From: Puniceicoccales bacterium
Lineage (GTDB): Bacteria; Verrucomicrobiota; Verrucomicrobiia; Opitutales; LL51
DNA: 64,000 bases
Direction: 5' to 3'
Assembly: GCA_031283585.1 (NCBI GenBank)
Contig: JAITBP010000003.1
Span: forward strand, 70,845-134,844
Below are positions 62,913-64,000 of this stretch, in pieces. The position numbers and the translations under genes were made by a program. A model generated the notes under the pieces. The model did not search any database and was not told where the DNA came from. It worked only from the letters and a program-made list of their open reading frames with translations. Each line of letters begins with the position of its first letter. Positions within the stretch are counted from its first letter, which is position 1.

Positions 62913-63460
62913 TGTTTAAAATATTTGCACATTGCCTGGTGATTTTTGCTTTGCTGTTAGGTGGTTGTACTTCAAATTACCATCTAGGCAAAAGCGAAAC
63001 GCTTCCGTTTAAAAGTATATGCGTGCAAATAGTTGGCAATGAGTCGCTTGTTCCACAAATACAAGCTGTTATCACGAAAAGATTGGGTGATGAATGCGCC
63101 AAAGATAGCAGATTGGTGGTAACCAGTGATGCCGATGCAATTCTAAATGTGGTCATTCTTAGCTCTAGGCAAAATACATCGGCCACGTCTAGCAGCGATA
63201 CAGGCTTAGCTTCTTATCTAACCATTTCGCTCAGTGCAGCTTGTACGCTAATCGATGGGAAATCCGGTACGGAGTATTTTTCAAAGGAAATTGTTTCCAC
63301 CGAAGCGGATTTGTTGGTCGATAACGACTATCAGGCCAGAAAGGACCAGGTTATGCCAAAGATTTGCGATGAGTTGGCAAAAAAGATAGTCAACATGGTT
63401 ATTCATCCTTGGATTGCCTATGAACCAAAAATTGATAGTTCCGTCAATATTTGCCGGTAG
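62912..63460 (+). CDS. LptE-like LPS-assembly lipoprotein
   Basis: The lipobox LLGGC is followed by TSNYHLG (compare CGWHLR of E. coli LptE). Size is about 180 aa. Its ATG shares the A of the preceding TGA (TGATG). Confidence 0.55.
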   Translation: MFKIFAHCLVIFALLLGGCTSNYHLGKSETLPFKSICVQIVGNESLVPQIQAVITKRLGDECAKDSRLVVTSDADAILNVVILSSRQNTSATSSSDTGLASYLTISLSAACTLIDGKSGTEYFSKEIVSTEADLLVDNDYQARKDQVMPKICDELAKKIVNMVIHPWIAYEPKIDSSVNICR

Positions 63461-64000
63461 CCATTCCAATTTACTGGCAACCCTGGCCACGATCAATGAA
63501 AGTGGCGTTAATATGGTGCATCTGGACATAATGGATGGTCATCTTGTGCCAAACCTGAGCTTTGGGCCAGAAACTGTTGCCGAACTTAGAGCGGCGAGTG
63601 ATTTGTTTTTTGATACCCACCTAATGCTGATGAATCCCGAGGATTTTGTGAAAAAATTTATTGATGCAGGTTCGGATTGCCTGACGATTCATGCCGAGTG
63701 TTCTTCGGACATTAGGTCTGTTTTTGATACTATAAAATCTGCCAATCGTCGCGTTGGCATTGCAATAAACCCAGGAACAAAAATTGACACAATTATCGAT
63801 TATCTTAGCTATGTAAATGTGGTGACCGTTATGTCCGTATGGCCAGGGTTCTGTGGCCAAAAATTCGAACCATCGGCCATTGATAAAATAAAACGCTTGG
63901 CTGCGTTTAGAAAAATAAATAACCTGGAGTTTCTTATAGAGGTCGATGGAGGTATCAATGAAGATAATTGTAGCATTTGCTATGATGTTGGAGCTGATAT
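63420..64000 (+). CDS. rpe: Ribulose-phosphate 3-epimerase, 5' portion (runs off the right window edge; not in the ORF track)
   Basis: My own translation from ATG 63420 gives MNQKLIVPSIFAGSHSNLLATLATINESGVNMVHLDIMDGHLVPNLSFGP...FFDTHLML...VMSVWPGFCGQKF...IEVDGGIN. These are the classic Rpe motifs. Confidence 0.9.
   Translation, partial: MNQKLIVPSIFAGSHSNLLATLATINESGVNMVHLDIMDGHLVPNLSFGPETVAELRAASDLFFDTHLMLMNPEDFVKKFIDAGSDCLTIHAECSSDIRSVFDTIKSANRRVGIAINPGTKIDTIIDYLSYVNVVTVMSVWPGFCGQKFEPSAIDKIKRLAAFRKINNLEFLIEVDGGINEDNCSICYDVGAD

Overview
This 64-kb window is densely packed, mostly housekeeping chromosome from an AT-rich Gram-negative (diderm) bacterium. Several features point to a PVC-type lineage (Verrucomicrobiota-like), but this is inference only. 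They are two prepilin-type proteins with N-terminal GFTL(V/M)E(L/M)L motifs, one ending in GFLDGHVEWF, an LpxC-FabZ fusion, a SecDF fusion, LpxI, BamD/LptE-like lipoproteins and a MoxR/DUF58 pair. The window holds about 60 CDS. These include dnaA with a candidate oriC upstream, lipid A genes (lpxC/fabZ, lpxA, lpxI), F1 ATP synthase atpGDC, and prfA, gap, glgC, yidC, nusB, rnpA, cmk, pyrG, ispD, recJ, secDF, yajC, mpl, mutL, rnhB, rpmF-plsX-fabH and a partial rpe. The ORF track misses two tRNAs (Leu-CAA, Asn-GTT) and a 49-codon rpmH. I saw no CRISPR array, rRNA, transposase or integrase. Five regions deserve a second look. (1) An ECF sigma/anti-sigma operon continues into an HtrA/DegS-like PDZ protein in which all three catalytic-triad residues are substituted, followed by a small secreted orphan. 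(2) An AT-rich, roughly 3-kb cassette encodes a 958-aa signal-peptide-bearing orphan protein, is bracketed by a perfect 18-bp direct repeat, and sits just upstream of tRNA-Leu. (3) A ComEC-type metallo-beta-lactamase (MBL) domain is encoded as a separate, signal-anchored, AT-rich gene about 24 kb from a ComEC gene that lacks that domain. (4) An 1146-1148-aa cytosolic protein is tentatively PPi-type PEPCK-like. (5) Gene order around dnaA and the atp genes is unusual. All functional calls rest on motif-level recognition of the supplied translations; no database search was possible.
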